This document shows positions 62,577 to 64,000 of a stretch of 64,000 nt of DNA, one piece after another. Below the pieces are notes generated by a model. That model was given only the letters and a program-made list of their open reading frames with translations. It did no database searches and was not told the DNA's origin. This stretch comes from an uncultured Verrucomicrobiae bacterium (GTDB lineage Bacteria; Verrucomicrobiota; Verrucomicrobiia; Chthoniobacterales; Chthoniobacteraceae): contig CAWHEP010000008.1 in NCBI GenBank assembly GCA_963828525.1, positions 224,001-288,000 on the forward strand, in the 5' to 3' direction. Each line of letters opens with the position of its first letter. Within the stretch, counting starts at the first letter, position 1. The position numbers and the translations under genes were made by a program.

Positions 62577-63725
62577 CTATGTGGCAAAGCCGATGCGCGG
62601 ACGATCCGTTGCCTCGGGTCCATTTTCAGCAAAGACCTCAGCAAGGGAGTAATCGCGAACGGAAGGCAATTTCTTGCCGAGGCTTTCAGCAAGGCGGCGC
62701 GCTTGTGGGTAATCGAGCCTTCCAAACAGGCGATGGTGGAGCAGCCGCCCAGGCCGCAAGAGCGCGGGATCGACTTCCGTCGAAGCGCAGTTCATCGTGC
62801 AAATGATCTGGAGGCGGAAGAAATCGCCCAGCATTCCATCGGAGAGATTCAGGATCGCGCTGACATGCTCAGAATTGTCGCGGCCACGGGTCATGATCGA
62901 CTCTTCCGCGTCCTCGAGCATGACCACGAACTTGCGATCCATATAGTGGCGCCGCTCGCGCACCCAAAAATCTATAAAGTCTGGCCTCGACAATACGCGC
63001 ATCGCCGAGGGAGGGATAAAATAGAAACGGTGCGACTCCTTTAGCGAGCACATGATATGGCGCAAGTAGGAGGTCTTGCCGGTTCCGGGCGGCCCCTCAA
63101 GGATGGAAAGGCCCAAACCGCTCTTGCCGAGCCCCTGAATGAAACTCGCGTGCCAGGTGGCAAATCCGTCGCCGTAGTAAAGATCTAGAGCGTCGTTGTC
63201 GAGAACCGTCGCCGCGGCGAGAGGCGCGGTCTCTGTATCCACACTCTCCCCAGAGAACTTGATGATCTCGAATGACCCAGCGGACGGAGCCGGAGGCTGG
63301 TTGTATTTTTCGTTGAACCATTCTACACGGCGTTCGGCTTCGTCAGGCGTGGCGGCGAAGCCCGTGATCCGAAAGTCGTCCGCGTAGAGGAAGGAACGCG
63401 GGCCAAATTGAAACGTGAGATCATCCCAGGTTTTTTTGCGTTCCTTGGGATCCAATCGGCGGATGGATCGGACGAGGTCGCGGGCATTCTCCGACACGGC
63501 TCGATCCAGATCCCAGGAACCGTGGAGTCTGCACACATGCAGAGGATCCGCTCCAAAAGCCGCCAGCACTGGAACATGCGGTCTTTCCGGGTCATCGCAA
63601 AAGGCTCTTCCGCCGGTCAGGTTGCAGAGCATGGCGACCGTGTTGGCCGGTTCCGCCTCATTGCGCATTGGCGTCTCGGTTTTTGGCCCTGGCCATGTCG
63701 GGATGATTTCGGGTGCTTTCAACAT
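62577..63725 (-). CDS. AAA+ ATPase (BCS1-like single AAA module)
   Basis: GPPGTGKT, Walker B MLEDAE, LNLSDG, DPALLRPGRL and C-terminal RIGF; SD AAGGAG upstream of ATG 63725. Confidence 0.9.
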   Translation of the reverse strand: MLKAPEIIPTWPGPKTETPMRNEAEPANTVAMLCNLTGGRAFCDDPERPHVPVLAAFGADPLHVCRLHGSWDLDRAVSENARDLVRSIRRLDPKERKKTWDDLTFQFGPRSFLYADDFRITGFAATPDEAERRVEWFNEKYNQPPAPSAGSFEIIKFSGESVDTETAPLAAATVLDNDALDLYYGDGFATWHASFIQGLGKSGLGLSILEGPPGTGKTSYLRHIMCSLKESHRFYFIPPSAMRVLSRPDFIDFWVRERRHYMDRKFVVMLEDAEESIMTRGRDNSEHVSAILNLSDGMLGDFFRLQIICTMNCASTEVDPALLRPGRLLHHRLFGRLDYPQARRLAESLGKKLPSVRDYSLAEVFAENGPEATDRPRIGFAT

Positions 63726-64000
63726 AATGGGAATTCTCTCCTTTTGATCGCGGCAAGGATGCGCCTGGCTCAGTTGCGGATCAAAGGAACAGAATGTCCC
63801 CAAACTTTGTCCCAAGTGAGAGCGAAACCTACTCTGCCTTCGGCGAAGGCGCGCGGACTGCGAATTCCGCGCGTAGTCGGGTAATCCGTTTCGGGCTTGT
63901 CGCGAGCACCCATCCCAAGCCCCTGCAAAGAAACTCGTGTTTCCGGCCCCCTTTGAGTCCGCGTCGGCAGGCTTCCTTGTCCAGACGGAGCAGTTTCTCA

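Overview
This is a gene-dense, GC-rich bacterial chromosomal window. It is most likely from Verrucomicrobiota (Chthoniobacterales-like), inferred from PVC-typical families: a YdjY/QW-barrel pair, a PVC-type beta-propeller dehydrogenase and a TIGR02597-like remnant. Housekeeping genes include aat, gpsA, plsY, polX, can, gspD/E, gluconokinase, nadB, panC, lgt, pyk, proS and tRNA-Ala(GGC). Five accessory modules are interleaved: (1) an ECF sigma/anti-sigma/triad-less HtrA/DsbD envelope operon; (2) a blue-copper protein + beta-propeller + MFS operon; (3) a defence patch with a PaeR7I/XhoI-type R-M system next to a hidden, frameshifted PD-(D/E)xK nuclease coupled to an unknown partner; (4) a hydrolase-porin-ABC importer operon ending in a metallophosphoesterase that has lost all three ligands specific to one metal site; (5) a stack of three toxin-antitoxin loci plus gene remnants at 59-63 kb. 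Many genes, including essential proS, carry small frameshifts clustered at about 53-61 kb. This points to assembly indels, so frameshifted calls are probably intact genes. No rRNA, CRISPR array, integrase or transposase was seen. All family assignments come from motif recognition by eye, not from database searches.
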